Part shown: piece by piece, positions 12,810 to 25,571 of the stretch
How positions within the stretch are numbered: position 1 is the first letter of the stretch
Layout: each line of letters begins with the position of its first letter
Assembly: GCF_004010195.1 (NCBI RefSeq)
Contig: NC_057751.1
Span: 888,665-952,664 of the forward strand
Direction of reading: 5' to 3'
Source of the DNA: Chiloscyllium plagiosum
Taxonomy: Eukaryota
Length of the DNA: 64,000 nucleotides
The notes under the pieces: model-generated
What the model was told of the DNA's origin: nothing
The model's input: the letters and a program-made list of their open reading frames with translations, nothing else
Database searches by the model: none
Position numbers and translations under genes: made by a program

Positions 12810-13300
12810 GCAGGGAAAAACAGGCAGAAAACTAGCCACCAGGATACATGAACATCAACTAGCCACAAAAAGACATGACCCACTCTCACGGTGTCCAGAT
12901 GAGAAAGGACACCACTTCAACTAGGCCAACACATCCATCCTAGGACAAGCCAAACAGAGACACAAAGGAGAATTCCTCGAATCATGGCATTCCAACCTAT
13001 CAACAAACTCTATGAACAAACACATTGACTTGGCTCCCATTTACCACCCCGTGTGAAAAATAACTGGAAATGACATCACAGCAGGAAATGACATTGCCAT
13101 AGGAAATGACATCACCCTTCCAAGGAAACCTAAACACATAAATAGAAAACGGGCCATAACACCACTGCCTCATCTGGAGGCTTACTGATTATGTTACCTA
13201 GTATGGTGACGAAACGTCTGAAAACAAACCTTCCAGCTCAACGAGTAAACTTACATCCAGAACCTCAACCTGATCTACAAATCTTCTTATAACTCACTAA
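12810..13300 (+). mobile_element. Penelope-like element 3' fragment (GIY-YIG end plus pseudo-LTR with decayed hammerhead)
   Basis: Encodes TGRKLATRIHEHQLATKRHDPL, nearly identical to the 56111-56467 peptide. ctgattatgttacc...ggtgacgaaacgtc at 13185-13218. Confidence 0.88.
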
Positions 13301-13707
13301 CTTCTGCACTATCAGAAGGGTAATACTGCTGGCGAAGAATACTGACAGGGTGCTGCATGGTTGGTGGTGTTTTATTTCAGATTAAGTGGTAAACCTGAGC
13401 CTTGTGTGCTCACTACGCAATTGCAAGAATACCGGAATTCTCAGTGCAGTGGCCAGCATTTATATCTCTCAACCGCATCACATAACAAAAATAATCTTTT
13501 TATCACCGTGTTGTTTGCTGTAACTTGCTCTGGACAATCAGTGTTTTCTGCAATACTCCAGTGAACTGACTTCAAAAGCACTTTATTGGATGTAAAGCAA
13601 ATTGAAAAATCCCATAGTTGTGAACTACACTATCAAATTACAGGTACAAGTTTTTGGAAACAATATTTAGATATGAGCTTTTTGCTTTAAACCTTCTTAT
13701 CATGTAT

Positions 13708-14036
13708 TCATAGAATCCCTACAGTTTGGAGACAGGCCCTTCAGCCCAACAAGTCACACCAACCCTCCAAAGAGTAACCCACCTAGGCCCATTCCCCTAC
13801 CTTGTTATCCTACATTTGCCCCGACTAATGCACTTAACCTATGCATCCCTGAACACTGGGCAATTTAGCATGGCCAATCTACCTAACCTGTGCATCTTTG
13901 GATTGTGGGAGGAAACTCAGGCACACAGGGGGAGAGTGTGCCAACTCCACACAGACAGTGGTCCGAGGCTAAAATCGAACCCGGCTCCCTGGCACTATGA
14001 GGCAGCAATGCTAACTACTGAGCCATCGTCCCGCCC
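13708..14036 (-). mobile_element. HE1-like tRNA-derived SINE
   Basis: Minus strand gggcgggacgatggctcagtagttagc (A-box-like) and ggttcgattt (B-box-like). 3' tail resembles the CR1 3' end. Confidence 0.88.
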
Positions 14037-14624
14037 TCTTGTTGGAATTTCCTGCAGGTCATTTGAAAGATTTTGTTTCCTCCACTTCAACAAACAAACA
14101 AAAATTGACTTCAAACTTGGAAAACAAGCAACCTTATTGATCTGAACGTTGGCTAATTTCAAGTTGTGCAGCGTCAGTACTTTGGTTTCTTGACTATCAA
14201 AGGAGTGAAAGGTATTGGTTCTAGGCAGGAATGTGGAGTCAAGGCCACAACCAGATCAGTGGCAAGCTAATTAAGTGACAGAGAAGGCTTGAAGGGCAGG
14301 CTGACCTATACTGCTCCTAATTTGTATGTTTGTATGCCTCACAGTCGCTACCTGTCACACCTTGCAACAAGACAACCCCGTGGCCCCATGTATTAATTAT
14401 GTTTTGCTCAGAAAGTAAAACCTAAACACTTAGGTGCACATTGAAGATAAAAAGAAAAATTAACTTGCATTTATATGGCACCTTTCACAACGTCAGGACA
14501 TCCAAAGGTGCTTCACATCTAGTTATTTACTGCTTTTTGTTAATTATGTCCCACGCCAGCTAGTGAGGTATGAAACTGGACCCTAATACTTTTCCTAACA
14601 ATAGGTTTATACAAAGAAGGCAGC

Positions 14625-14723
14625 ACTCTATTCCTGATGAAGGGCTTTTGTCCGAAACATCTAATTTCCTGCTCCTCGGATGCTGCCTGACCTGCTGTGC
14701 TTTTCCAGCACCACTCTGATCTA
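14625..14723 (+). mobile_element. Short Penelope-like terminus with hammerhead core
   Basis: CTGATGA-A-GGGC-TTTT-GTCC-GAAA at 14634-14657, then the same tail as 16020-16083. Confidence 0.8.
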
Positions 14724-15683
14724 AACGCTGCATGTCTGCTATCCACCGACCAAAGCAGTGCCCTGGAGGGCTCCATTCCTCAGTGCTTTGAGCAAAAGTT
14801 AATCAATCCCGTTCACTGGTGTATCTTAACCATATAGTCAATATACCATCCAAAATAATCACTGCGTAATTTAGTAAACACAACGGCCAACTTGTGTACA
14901 GCAAGGTTCCAATTCTTATGTTTCTTTTCAACATTGCTTAAGGGATTACTATTTGCCGATAACACAGGGAAGAACTCCTAGTTCTTTGTCTGATTGTGTT
15001 GGAGGACCTTCTGCATGCACCTGAATGGGCAGGAAGAGCCTGTTTGTGACCACTGCAAATGTGCAAATCCAGATATCATAGCGACTTCTAAACAAATGGA
15101 GTCATGAAGAGTGCAGGTGAACTGTAAATTTCAGACAGTGAATCAATGGTTATTTCCTTTTCTCATCTGTCCCAAAGTGTGAAGCTTTGAAGTGTGAAGC
15201 TGTAAAGTGGAGCATCTGGTTTATGATGTTTGAACTGAGACAGAAACACATCCGATGAAACATCTGTCAAACTCCTTTTGGATCTTCCCCAGAACTGCTC
15301 ACACTGTGCTGAAGGATGGCCTGTTTATTAGGGCGGACACAAACAGACATATTCTGAAGCAGCTACGTAAACATAAGGCCACATGACATTTAATTGTTAC
15401 AGCAACAGTCTTGGGGCTCTCATTATCCACTGAGAAACCTGCAGTGTGAGGTTAGTGACCTGTGCTTAATGAGACAATGCAAAATAGTGCATGATCCTGA
15501 CCCCAGGAACACACTAAAAACTGAGAGGAACAATCATGCGGCAGGTAGGGTTGAGAGCGGACATGGAGTGTCTGCTATGTCTTAGACTCACCATCAAGAA
15601 AACAAACGTAAGTCACATAACATCCTTAACAAACAGATTGAACTCTGGGCAACTTGCTACAGTCTGGTCACTTAGCACCTTAG

Positions 15684-16083
15684 GCCTAGAGGAAGAACGC
15701 CTTATCTTCTGCCTCGGAACACTTCAACCCCATGGCATCAATGTGGACTTGAACAGTTTCCTCATTTCTCCTTCCCCCACCTCACCCCAGGTCCAAACTT
15801 CCAGCTCAGCACTGTCCCCATGACTTGTCCTACCTGCCTATCTTCCTTTCCATCTATCCATTCCACCCTCCTCTCTGACCTATCACCTCCATCCCCACCC
15901 CCATTCACCTATTGTACTCTATGCTACTTTCTCCCCACCCCCACCCTCCTCTCATTTATTTCTCCACCCCTCGGGGACTCTGCCTCTATTCCTGATGAAG
16001 GGCTTTTGCCCGAAACGTCGATTTTCCTGCTCCTTGGATGCTGCCTGAACTGCTGTGCTTTTCCAACACCACTCTGATCTAGA
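15684..16083 (+). mobile_element. Penelope-like 3' fragment with 7-bp TSD
   Basis: LEEERLIFCLGTLQPHGINVD (GIY-YIG C-terminus), C-rich 3' UTR and hammerhead. accttag at 15677-15683 and 16084-16090. Confidence 0.85.
15987..16024 (+). ncRNA. Minimal type I hammerhead ribozyme motif, core intact
   Basis: CUGAUGA (15992-15998), stem II GGGC-UUUU-GCCC, GAAA (16012-16015), palindromic ACGU and a GUC triplet ending at 16019. Helix I is weak. Confidence 0.7.
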
Positions 16084-16107
16084 ACCTTAGTGCTACCTCC
16101 ACTTCTT

Positions 16108-16862
16108 GGCAGACGACACCTTCAATACAGATTCCCCTTCTCGTCTGACTGTACCTTCAATTTTGGTTCCATGTGTTGTCAGACAGTACCTTCAATACAG
16201 GTTCCCCTTCTATTCAGACTGTAACTTCAATTTTGGCTCCACTCCTAGTCAGAAAATTCTGCACCTTCAGTCCTGGCTCCATTTCCAGTCAGACTTAACT
16301 TTCTATACTGGCTCCACTTCTATTCAGTTCATTGAAGGCTGGGGGGTGACCTTGTAGAAGTTTATAAAATCATGAGGGGGCATGATTAGGGTAAATAGAC
16401 AAGGTCTTTTCCTTGGGTGGGGGAGTCCAGAACTAGAGGGCATAGGTTTAGGTTGAGAGGAAAAAGATATAAAAGAGACCTAAGGGGCAACTATTTCACG
16501 CAGAGGATGGTACATGTATAGAAGGAGCTGCCAGAGGATGTGGAGGAGGCTGGTACAACTGCAACATTTAAGAGGCATTTGGATGGGTATATGAATAGGA
16601 AGGGTTTGGAGGGATATGGGCCGGGTGCTGGAAGGTGGGACTAGATTGGGTTGGGATATCTGGTCGGCATGGACGGGTTGGACTGAAGGGTCTGTTTCCA
16701 CGCTGTACATCTCTATGACTGTGTGACTATGACTGCACCTTCAATGCTGTTTCACCTTGAGTCGGACTGTACTTCCAATACAGGCTCCACGTCTCTTCAA
16801 ACAGCATCTTCAAGACAGGCTCCACTTCTAGTCAAATTGCATCTTGAACACAGAATCCAGTG
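16108..16862. repeat. Degenerate 35-bp minisatellite interrupted by a CR1 3' end
   Basis: Unit approximately agactgtaccttcaatacaggctccacttctagtc; about 6 copies before 16330 and about 4 after 16730. Confidence 0.8.
16332..16733 (+). mobile_element. CR1 (HER1-like) 3' end
   Basis: Homologous to 335-722; ctatgact-type tail. Confidence 0.92.
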
Positions 16863-17087
16863 TAAAAACTACATGACTTCATTCTTCTGTACTTTTGCCC
16901 TGGTGAACCACAAATGTGAAAAAAGATACTTCTTTTAACTGCAGAACTTCTGGAAGGAGATGTTGCTGTTTCAAACATATCCCTGGAACTCAGTGATTTA
17001 TATTTACACGGTTGCCTTTTTTCAGCAGTGGGTGAGGGTTGTTCGACTCTGGCACTGTGGGTCAGGACTGTTTTGCCCAATAGAGTC

Positions 17088-17802
17088 TGTTAATTGTTAT
17101 TTTTCAACCAGGATCCTTTGTATAGGACGGGAATACTGAGCATGACAATCTGATTGGCTGCTGGGCCAGTGGATAGCCTGTGCATCGACAACATGGTGGG
17201 AGAAAACCTCCAGACTTTAAAAAGGCAGCATCTTCTCTTTTCTTGTACAGACAGAATACAGAATTAGAACATAGCTAGTTATTCCCACTCACCAGTTGCT
17301 TATCAGCTGCTTTGTCTAACCAGTGACTGAGAGACTGAATTATTAATGTGTCAAATGCCCTGTGCCTGCAACAAAGAATTGAGTGGTCCTGGAAGGAAGA
17401 AGATTAGAGATCAGAAGGACTCAGAAGAAAGGGTGTCTCATTGAATCATGTGGACGAGTGCTATTGAACTGTGTTCCACAAATAATTTTTCTTCATCCTT
17501 TTTCTCTTGTTGTCGATGTCTAAGTGCATGCGTGTAGGAGCTTTAGAAGGTGGAGAGTTTAACAAAGAGAGTTATAAATTGATAATTCATATTTTATTTG
17601 CCTCCATTTAAACTTATTTATTTGTGGTAAATTAGTTGCTTGCTATAAAGGTCAGAAACGTGGTCAGTGTTTTCTGTTAACCTGAGTCCATCAGACAGGA
17701 AAGCTGGGGGCTTTGAGTCATGTGATTAAATATGTAATGTTTGCAATGACCCCAGGAGTGCTGAAGTTTGAGTATCATTGTGCATTCCCAAGTAGGTTAC
17801 GA
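17088..17802 (+). mobile_element. Possible old solo LTR
   Basis: tgtaa...ttacga ends, inverted CCAAT (gattgg) and a TATA-like tttaaaaaggc. Sits between two pieces of the 35-bp minisatellite. Single copy here. Confidence 0.3.
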
Positions 17803-17862
17803 TTCCAGTTCTATCACACTGCACCGTGAACACTCGATCCAGTTCTGGTCAAAGGGCACACT

Positions 17863-19290
17863 CATAGAGTCATGTCGTGTTTAGAGCAAGGGAAAAGGTC
17901 CTTTGCTGCTCACCATGTCCTCTGTCATCGAGGAGCCATTTATTCTAACCCCATTTTTCTAGCACTTGACCTGCAGCCTCATATATACAGTGTTCATCTA
18001 AATAGTTCTTAGCTGTCTTGATGGCTCCTGTGTCAACCACTCTTTTAGGCAATAAGTTTTGGGTAACTTCCTCCCTCTAACTGAATTTTCTTTTCTCAAA
18101 TCCTCTCAAAAGTGTTGGCTGGCTATTGTCACCTCTGTTGAAGGGAAATGTTTCTCCCTATCACCGCCATCTAAGCCCCTCATAACCTCCTCCATCTTAA
18201 TCATGTCTTCCCTCCTGTAAGATGAGGAAACATAGAACAATACAGCGCAGAACAGTCCCTTCGGCCCTCGATGTTGCGCCAACCTGTGAACTATTCTCAG
18301 CTCGTCCTGCTACACTATCCAAAAATCATCCATGTGCTTATCTAAGAGTTGTTTAAATCTCCCTAATGTGGCTGAGTTGAATACATTGGCAGGTAGGGCA
18401 TTCCACACCCTTACCATTCTCTGCGTAAAGAACCTGCCTCTGAATCTGTCTTAAATCTATCATCCCTCAATTTGTAGTTATGACCCCTTGTACAAGCTGA
18501 CGTCATCATCCTAGGAAACAGACTTTTACTGTCTACCCTATCTAATCCTCTGATCAGCTTGTAAAGACAACCCCAGCCAATTGCATCACTTTTAATAGCT
18601 GACTTGCTCCAGTTCAAGTAGCATCCTGTTGATTATCCTGAGCATGCTCTCTCATGCACTCATATCCTCCTTATAGGGTGGTGACCAGAACTGCATGCTG
18701 TATTCCAGTTGTGACCGAAACAGCGTTATATAAAGCTCCTTCATGACCTCCTTGCTCTTGTATTCAATCCCTTGATGCCTAAGGGCAAATATCCCACCTT
18801 AAAATGTTATCTACCTACACACTGCCTTCAACAATCTTTTATCCACTTGTGGGACTTGGGTGTCACTAGCTGGGCTAGTATTTATTGTGTGTCTTTAGTT
18901 GCCCTTGAGAAGGTGGTATGAGCGACCTGAAGAGGGATGTACAAACCTGATCCCCTCTTTTCTGGGGTCCTACTATTCGACATGCCTTGTTATGCATCAC
19001 CTCACACTTCTCAGGATTAAATTCTATTTGCCATTGTTCACCCCATCTCTATTGTCCTGCAGTCTGAAGCCATTTTCCTTTCTATTTACCACAGCACTAA
19101 TTTTCATGTCATCTGCAAACTTACTAACGGTACCTCCTACCATCATTTCTAGATCAATGATGTACATTGCAAACAGCAACGGACCCAGCACCAAACCCTG
19201 TGATACACTGCTATGCACAGGCTCTGGTCACAAAAAACCTTTCAACTATTACCCTGCCATAAGCCAACGTTGGATCCAATTTGCCCTAGA
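17863..19290 (-). mobile_element. Old CR1 3' half with nested insertions
   Basis: Tail catagagtcat; peptide VSQGLVLGPLLF...SKFADD (19024-19218). Confidence 0.75.
18231..18560 (-). mobile_element. Younger CR1 3' end of a second subfamily (atgttct-type tail), nested in the older CR1
   Basis: KLIRGLDRVDSKSLFPR...TRGHNYKL; tail related to 41354-41640. Confidence 0.82.
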
Positions 19291-19292
19291 TT

Positions 19293-19632
19293 TGTTTTAT
19301 TCATTCATGGGGTGGTGTTTGTCACTGGCAAGGCAACATTTATTGCCCATCTCCAATTACCCAGGGGGCAGTTAAGAGTCAACCACATTGCTGTAGGTCT
19401 GGAGTCACATGTAGGCCAGACTGAGTAAGGATGGCAGCTTCCTTCCCTAAAGATCATTAGTGAACTAACTCGATTTTTCCAACAGTCACTAATGATTTCA
19501 TGGTCACAGTCATCGACTCTTAATTCCAGATTTTTTTTATTGAAATCAAACTCTGCCACCTGCCTGGTGAAGTTTGAATTTGGGTCTCCAGAACATTACA
19601 GTCCAGCAATAATACCACTAAATCGTCACCTC
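19293..19632 (-). mobile_element. SINE family B (tRNA-like head, LINE-like tail gcaataaatg...gaatgaataaaa)
   Basis: Reverse-complement homology to 19950-20285 and direct homology to 37740-38095. Confidence 0.75.
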
Positions 19633-19949
19633 CATCTTCCATAGCACCTCCACCATGGATGATACACTCACTGACCTGTAGTTTCCTCATTTAGCCATAC
19701 CATCCTTTTGAACAATGGTGCCACAGCTGTCCTCCAGTCCTCTACCACTCCTCCAGGGGCGAGAGAGAATTTGAAAATTGATGTTAGGGCCCCCACAATC
19801 TCCTCCCATTCCTCCCACTGCAGCTTGCGATACATCTTTTCTGGACCTTATGAACTCCATCCAGTTCTGGTCAGAGTTAACCTTGAACACTGGATCTCGG
19901 TCTGGTCCAGCTTGTATCCCAGATCCAGTTCTGGTCAGACTGCACTTAG

Positions 19950-20285
19950 CAGGAGGCAATGGCTCATTGGGATTATCGCTAAACTGTTGTTCTAGAGGCC
20001 CAGGTAATGTTCCGGGGACCTGGGTTTGCATCCCACCACAGCAGATGATGTAATTTGAACTGAGTAAAATCTGGAAGTAGAAGTCCTAATGGTGACCATG
20101 AGTCCATTGTCGATTGTTGGAAAAACCCATCTGGTTCACTAATGCCCCGTAGGGAAAGAATCTGCCATCTTTACCTGGTCTGGCTGACATGGAACTCCAC
20201 ACCCACAGCGATGGGGTTGACTTTTAACTGCCTTCTGGGCAATTAGGGATGGGCAATAAATGCTAGTGACACCCTCATCCTGTGA
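19950..20285 (+). mobile_element. SINE family B
   Basis: B-box-like gggtttgcatccc and tail gggcaataaatgct. Three clear copies in the window. Confidence 0.75.
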
Positions 20286-20936
20286 CTGTATTGTACATCT
20301 CTATGACTCAGTACTAAAAAAAAACAAAAAAAACTTTGACTCAGTTCTGGGCACCAGGAAAAATGGCCTGTTAATCAGGAGAATGAAAAGCCAAGAGTTA
20401 AGTTCTTGAACTCATAGCCACAAATAATAGGAAAACTCCAGAGAAATGCAGGTACTTCAGTTGGAGCAAGAAGTGTTTGAGACCTGATAACATTGAGGTG
20501 TATCGGATGACAAGATTGAATGAGGGATTGTTTTAAATTGGAAGAGGTAGGCAGCAAAACAGGAACACAAGTTCAATCTCATACAAAGCAATAGCAGGGC
20601 TGATACCAAGGAATTGAGAGAGTTGTTAATCTTTGGAATTCTCTGCACCAGAGCTGGGCTGACTGAATTGCTTCACATATTGAAGGCTGAGATCAATAGA
20701 TTTTTAAATGTTATGTGAATCAAGGGAATGAGATATGAGCAGGAGCATGGAGTAAATGTCGGAGTGAAGCATGTTGTTGAATAGTAAGGGGCTGTGAGGC
20801 CTCCTCCTGCCCCCTTAAACAATTCATTGCTGGAACGGGGGAGGGCAGGTTGTCTCAGAAGCTTCTATCATTTGTGAGTATCTTATGAAAAGCTGGACGG
20901 TACCTTACTTTGATGTCACTACCACAACAGAACTCG

Positions 20937-21136
20937 TGATTTGGAGATGCCGGTGTTGGACTGGGGTGTACAAAGTTAAAAATCACACAACACCAGGTTA
21001 TAGTCCAACAGGTTTAATTGGAAGCACTAGCTTTCAGAGTGCTGCTCCTTCATCAGGTGAAGGAGCGACACTTCGAAAGCTAGTGTTTCCAATTAAACCT
21101 GTTGGACTATAACCTGGTGTTGTGTGATTTTTAACT
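20937..21136. mobile_element. Fold-back Penelope-like pseudo-LTR pair (~79-bp inverted arms) with hammerhead at the apex
   Basis: Arms 20974-21052 and 21058-21136 are near-perfect reverse complements. Minus strand CTGATGA-A-GGAG-CAGCA-CTCT-GAAA-GCTA. Confidence 0.85.
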
Positions 21137-22174
21137 GCTGAACTCTTAATACTTCTCTCATTAACTGTTGGCCTAGAGTATGAATTGAAACACTTTGGAA
21201 AAAATTCTTTTAACCCGCAACAATTGATCCAGAATTGAAAGGACTTATGCAAATTATGGCATTTTCAATTCAAACCATAAAACCGAATAGAGATAGAATA
21301 TTGGGACTGTTGGCAGACAAAAATATCCAAATTTTGCTTCATTTTAAACAGAATGTATGTTCACTGTTGATATTTTTAATCAATCTGTTCAGATGTTTTA
21401 GGCCACACGTCTGGAGCAGGTGGACTTGAACCCAGGCCTTTTGGCACAAAGGTATGGCCTACATCACTGTGCCACAGAAGCGCTTGTTGTTTATTGTTGG
21501 TTTAGTGAGGGATGGTCTTTTGTTCAAGTTGCAGTGGTTTGTTAAGTTGCCTCATCGTGCATCAGGTGCGGTTTCAAAGGACAGAGAGAATCCCTTCACA
21601 AAAGCTTTATCTCAGCCTCAATCAATACTGACACAAAGCTTTCCTGCTGTTAGTCAGTGTCTTATGGTGGAATCAGACAGAAACCGACAGCTCAAAGAGA
21701 CAGATATTGGAAACTAATCAGGCTTTGTCCAAGGGCATTTAATCCTGAAAGATGAGAGAAATCAGACTTTATCTAAAGTCTTTGAACAACTTGAAATGTA
21801 TATTTCCTGTCACCTGCTTTTGTAGTGAATGTTTTTAGCAAGCATTGGGATTGGTAAAGTAAATTACTGCAATGTTGTGCAAGACTGTTAATCACTAACA
21901 TCTTGACGTTGCTTGGGCTGGTCCGCTCAAGAGATCAAGCAAGTCTAACAAGTCTGTTCACTCACTCCAGATGATGGGGTAAATAATTTATCGTTTGTTC
22001 ATGGCATGTGGGTGTTTCTAGCTAGACCAGCATTTCTATTCCTCATCACTTATTGCACTTCTTGAAACACTGCTGCTCGTATCACAGTTAGGAAGAGAGT
22101 CCCAGGGATTCGACCCATGCAATGGTAAAGGAAAGGCAAATTTGTTCCAATATAAGCAGAAAATGTTGGATATC

Positions 22175-22920
22175 TTAGAGTGCAGGTTCATAGTTCCTTG
22201 AAAGTGAAGTCAAATGGAGATAGGATAGTGACAAAGATGTTTGGTACATTTGCCTATATTGGTCAGAGCATTTGAGTATTGGAATTGGGAGGTCATGTTG
22301 TGGATAGTCTATCCTGCTGCCACTGTAAGCTGGTGGAGAAGAGAATGGATCTTTGCAAGAAGTAATGTGATTGGTTGGGCCACTTTTGGACTACTGTGTG
22401 CAATTCTGGTCTCCTTCTTATCGGAAGGATATTGTGAACGTTGAAAGGGTTCAGAAAAGATTTATAAGGATGTTGCCAGGGTTGGAGGATCTGAGCTACA
22501 GGGAGAGGCTGAATAGGCTGGAGCTGTTTTCTCTGGAGCGTCGGAGGCTGAGGGGTGATCTTATAGAGGTTTACAAAGTCATGAGAGGCATGGACAGGGT
22601 GAATGGCCAAGGTCTTTTCCCTGGGGTGGGGGAAATCCAAAATAATAGGGCATAGGTTTAAGGTGAGAGGGGAAAGATTTAAGAGGGACCTAAGGGGCAA
22701 CTTTTTGTAAGGGTGATGTCTAGATGGAATGAGCTACCAGAGAAAGTGGGAGAGGCTGGTACAATGACAATATTTAAAAGGCATCTGGATGGGTATATGA
22801 ATAGGAAGGGTTTAGAGGGATATGGGCCAAAAGCTGGCGAATGGGACTAGATTACTTAAGGATATCTGGTCATCACGGATGAGTTGGACTGACGGTTCTG
22901 TTTCTGTGCTCTATAACTCT
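22175..22920 (+). mobile_element. CR1 (HER1-like) 3' fragment
   Basis: PLLDYCVQFWSPSYRKD...RLRGDLIEVYKVM (22371-22655). Confidence 0.9.
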
Positions 22921-23237
22921 GGGCAGCACGGTGACCCAGTGGTTAGCACTGCTGCCTCAGACACCAGGGACCCAGGTTTGATTCTAGCCCCAGGCATCTG
23001 TCTGTGTGGAGCTTGCACATTCTCCCCTTGTCTGCGTGGATTTCCTCCAAGTGCTCTGGTTTCCTCCCACAATCCAAAGATGTGCAGTTTAGGTGAATTG
23101 GCCACGCTAAATTGCCCGTAGTGTTATGTGCATTAGTCAGAGGGAAATGGGTCTGGGTGGGTTGCTGTTTGGAGGGTTGGTGTGAACTTGTTGGGCCGAA
23201 GGGCCTGTTTCCACACTGTAGGGAACCTAATCTAATC
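22921..23237 (+). mobile_element. HE1-like SINE inserted in the CR1 tail
   Basis: gggcagcacggtgacccagtggttagc head; ends ctaatctaatc; CR1 tail resumes as atgactccatga. Confidence 0.9.
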
Positions 23238-23803
23238 GATGACTCCATGATGATTAGTGGTTTGGATGCAGATTTGTTAGTGGTGGTGCTTCCATGTGAC
23301 TGCTGCTCTTGTCCTTCTAAATGGTAGAGGTCATGAGTTTGGAAGGTTCAATCAAAGGAATTGCTGCAGTGCATCTCGGAGATAGTCCATCTTGCTGTTA
23401 CTGTGAGTTGGAAAAGAGAATGGAGTTTTGAAAGTTGTAATGTGATTTTTCTTTTTGTTTACTCGTCAGACATGGGTGTTGCTGGCTGGGTCCATTTTGA
23501 TTCCCTTCCCCAGAAGATTGTGGTGAGCTGCTTTCTTCAATCACTGTGGCCTGTATGCTGCAGTGGACCCACAATGGCCTTACAGTGGGAACTCCAGGTT
23601 TTTAACTCGGCGACAGTGATAGAGCAGTGATATATTTTCAAGTTAGTGGCTTGGATGTGAAGCTACAACTGATGATGTTCCCATGTATCTGCTGCCATTG
23701 ACTTTTGAGATAGAAGTGATCAAGGCTCTTGTGTAAATTTCTACTTATTACGCACTGCAGCTACTGAGTGCTGATGGTGGAGGAAGTGAATGCTTGTGGA
23801 TGT

Positions 23804-24439
23804 TGTTATGGACCAGGCCAGATCCCCTCAAAACATTTCAAGAAAGTAGCCCAGACCCTAACGTTGCAAGTTGTTTCCAGCAGGTGTGAGGTGGATATTC
23901 CAGGAGGGATGCAGCTGGCCCAGTCACTCTGTTTTACACAAAACAGAATCTATTTACATAATTACGGAATGAAATGCAAATAAAAGGGAACAGAACAAAT
24001 ATTAACTTAACCTTCCCAAAATCTCAACAGATTATGCCAACTTAATGATGCTGTTGCCAATAATTGCAACAATCCCCATCATTTTTTGCCTTGGCAAAAA
24101 ATGGGAAATCAAACACAGGGTCTCACAGGAGAGATGTCAAAGAGAGGCAGGATCAGCATAGACCTACTTCTTTGGACTTCTTTCAAAAAACTGTCTGTTT
24201 GCTAAACCCAAACCAAAGCAGAGAAAAGCTGAGCTGGGAGAACTGGCCACTCCCCTTTCATTTTACAAGTGTTTGTTTTAAACTTGAAAGCTTTTTGCCT
24301 GAGGCAATATCTATTAGCTAGGATCAAACCGGCCCTAAAATCCTTCAAACCTTGACTTTTTGGAATCACTGCTCTTAAGATTTCTCTGAAAGAAAAGCCA
24401 AGGACAATGTAACCTTGTTAAAGGAGCAGCATTATCACA
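23804..24439 (-). mobile_element. Solo LTR, family B (636 bp)
   Basis: TG...CA ends, flanks atgt/ctgt. 23805-24250 is reverse-complement homologous to ~50290-50708. Confidence 0.75.
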
Positions 24440-25429
24440 CTGTGGTGCTCAATCAAGTGGGGCTGCTTTGTCCTGCATGGTGTCAAGCTTGTTGAGTGTT
24501 GTTGGAGCTATAATTATATGATGAGTCCAGTTGCATCTCTGGTCTCTGGTAGCCCCAGGATGTTGATAATGGAGGATTCAGTGATCATTGAAGGGGTGGT
24601 GGTGGTTAGATTTTCTCTTACTGGAGATGGTCATTGCTTGGCAAATGTAACCTGCCATTTGTCAGCCCAAACCTAGATACTGTTCAGATTTTGTTGCATT
24701 TGGACATGGACTGTTTCAGTATCTGAGGAGACATGAATAGTGCTGAACATTGTGCATTCATCGACAGACATCTTCTGATGGAAGAAGGGTCAAAATGATG
24801 ATGTTCCAAATGGTATTGAACTTATTGACTGTTGTTGGAGCTGCACCGATTCAGGTAAGTGGGGAATATTTCGTCAGGTTCCTGATTTATGGCTTTGACT
24901 TGCTCTTGAAGCCACAGTATTCATACGGCTAGTTCAGTTTCTGGTTGGTGGGAATGTCAAGGATATTAATTGTCGGGGGTTGGACGTGGGAGTTACCAAT
25001 GGTAATGCCAGTGAATTTCATGGTGATTGTTTGATTCTGTCTTCTTGGAGATGGCATTGCCAAGCACATGTGTAGCATAAATTCTACTTTCACTGATCAG
25101 TTCAAGCCTGAATATTATGCTTATGGACACAGATTGCTCAAGTATCTCAGGAGTCACAAATGGTGCTGAATATTGTGCAATGATCAAAAAATATCCCCAT
25201 TTGTGTCCTCATGGTTGGTGGAAAGTCATTGATGAAGCAACTGAAGATGCTTGAGTCAGGTATGATTCCAACTAATTAAAAGTTTAACACCACCAGCCCA
25301 ACCCCAAACCCCACCCACCCACGACGCCCATTTACATTGGCTTCCTTTTTGCAATTCATACAGTCAAAGAGCCATATAGCACAGTAGAGGCCCTTTGGCC
25401 CATTGAGTCTGAACCAGCCTATCTATGGC

Positions 25430-25571
25430 AGGAGTGGGTACTGCAGATGCTGGAAATCAGAGTCCAGATTAGAGTGGTGTTGGAAAAGCACAACAGGTCA
25501 AGCAGCATCCAAGGAGCAGGAAATTATGAAGGGCTTTTGCCCAAAAAGTCGATTTTCCTGCTCCTGGCATG
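25430..25571. mobile_element. Fold-back Penelope-like terminus with decayed hammerhead
   Basis: Inverted tail copy followed by atgaagggcttttgcccaaaaagtcg. Confidence 0.75.

Larger units (their letters stand above)
21990..25250 (-). mobile_element. Old CR1-clade LINE remnants (same type as 62480-63395) hosting several younger insertions
   Basis: Segments such as ggagatggtcattgcttggca and gtgttgttggagct are reverse complements of sequence in 62800-63080. Confidence 0.6.

Noticed and set aside
22921..22995. tRNA gene
   Set aside because: The A/B-box-like head continues into a SINE body and LINE-like tail; many decayed copies.
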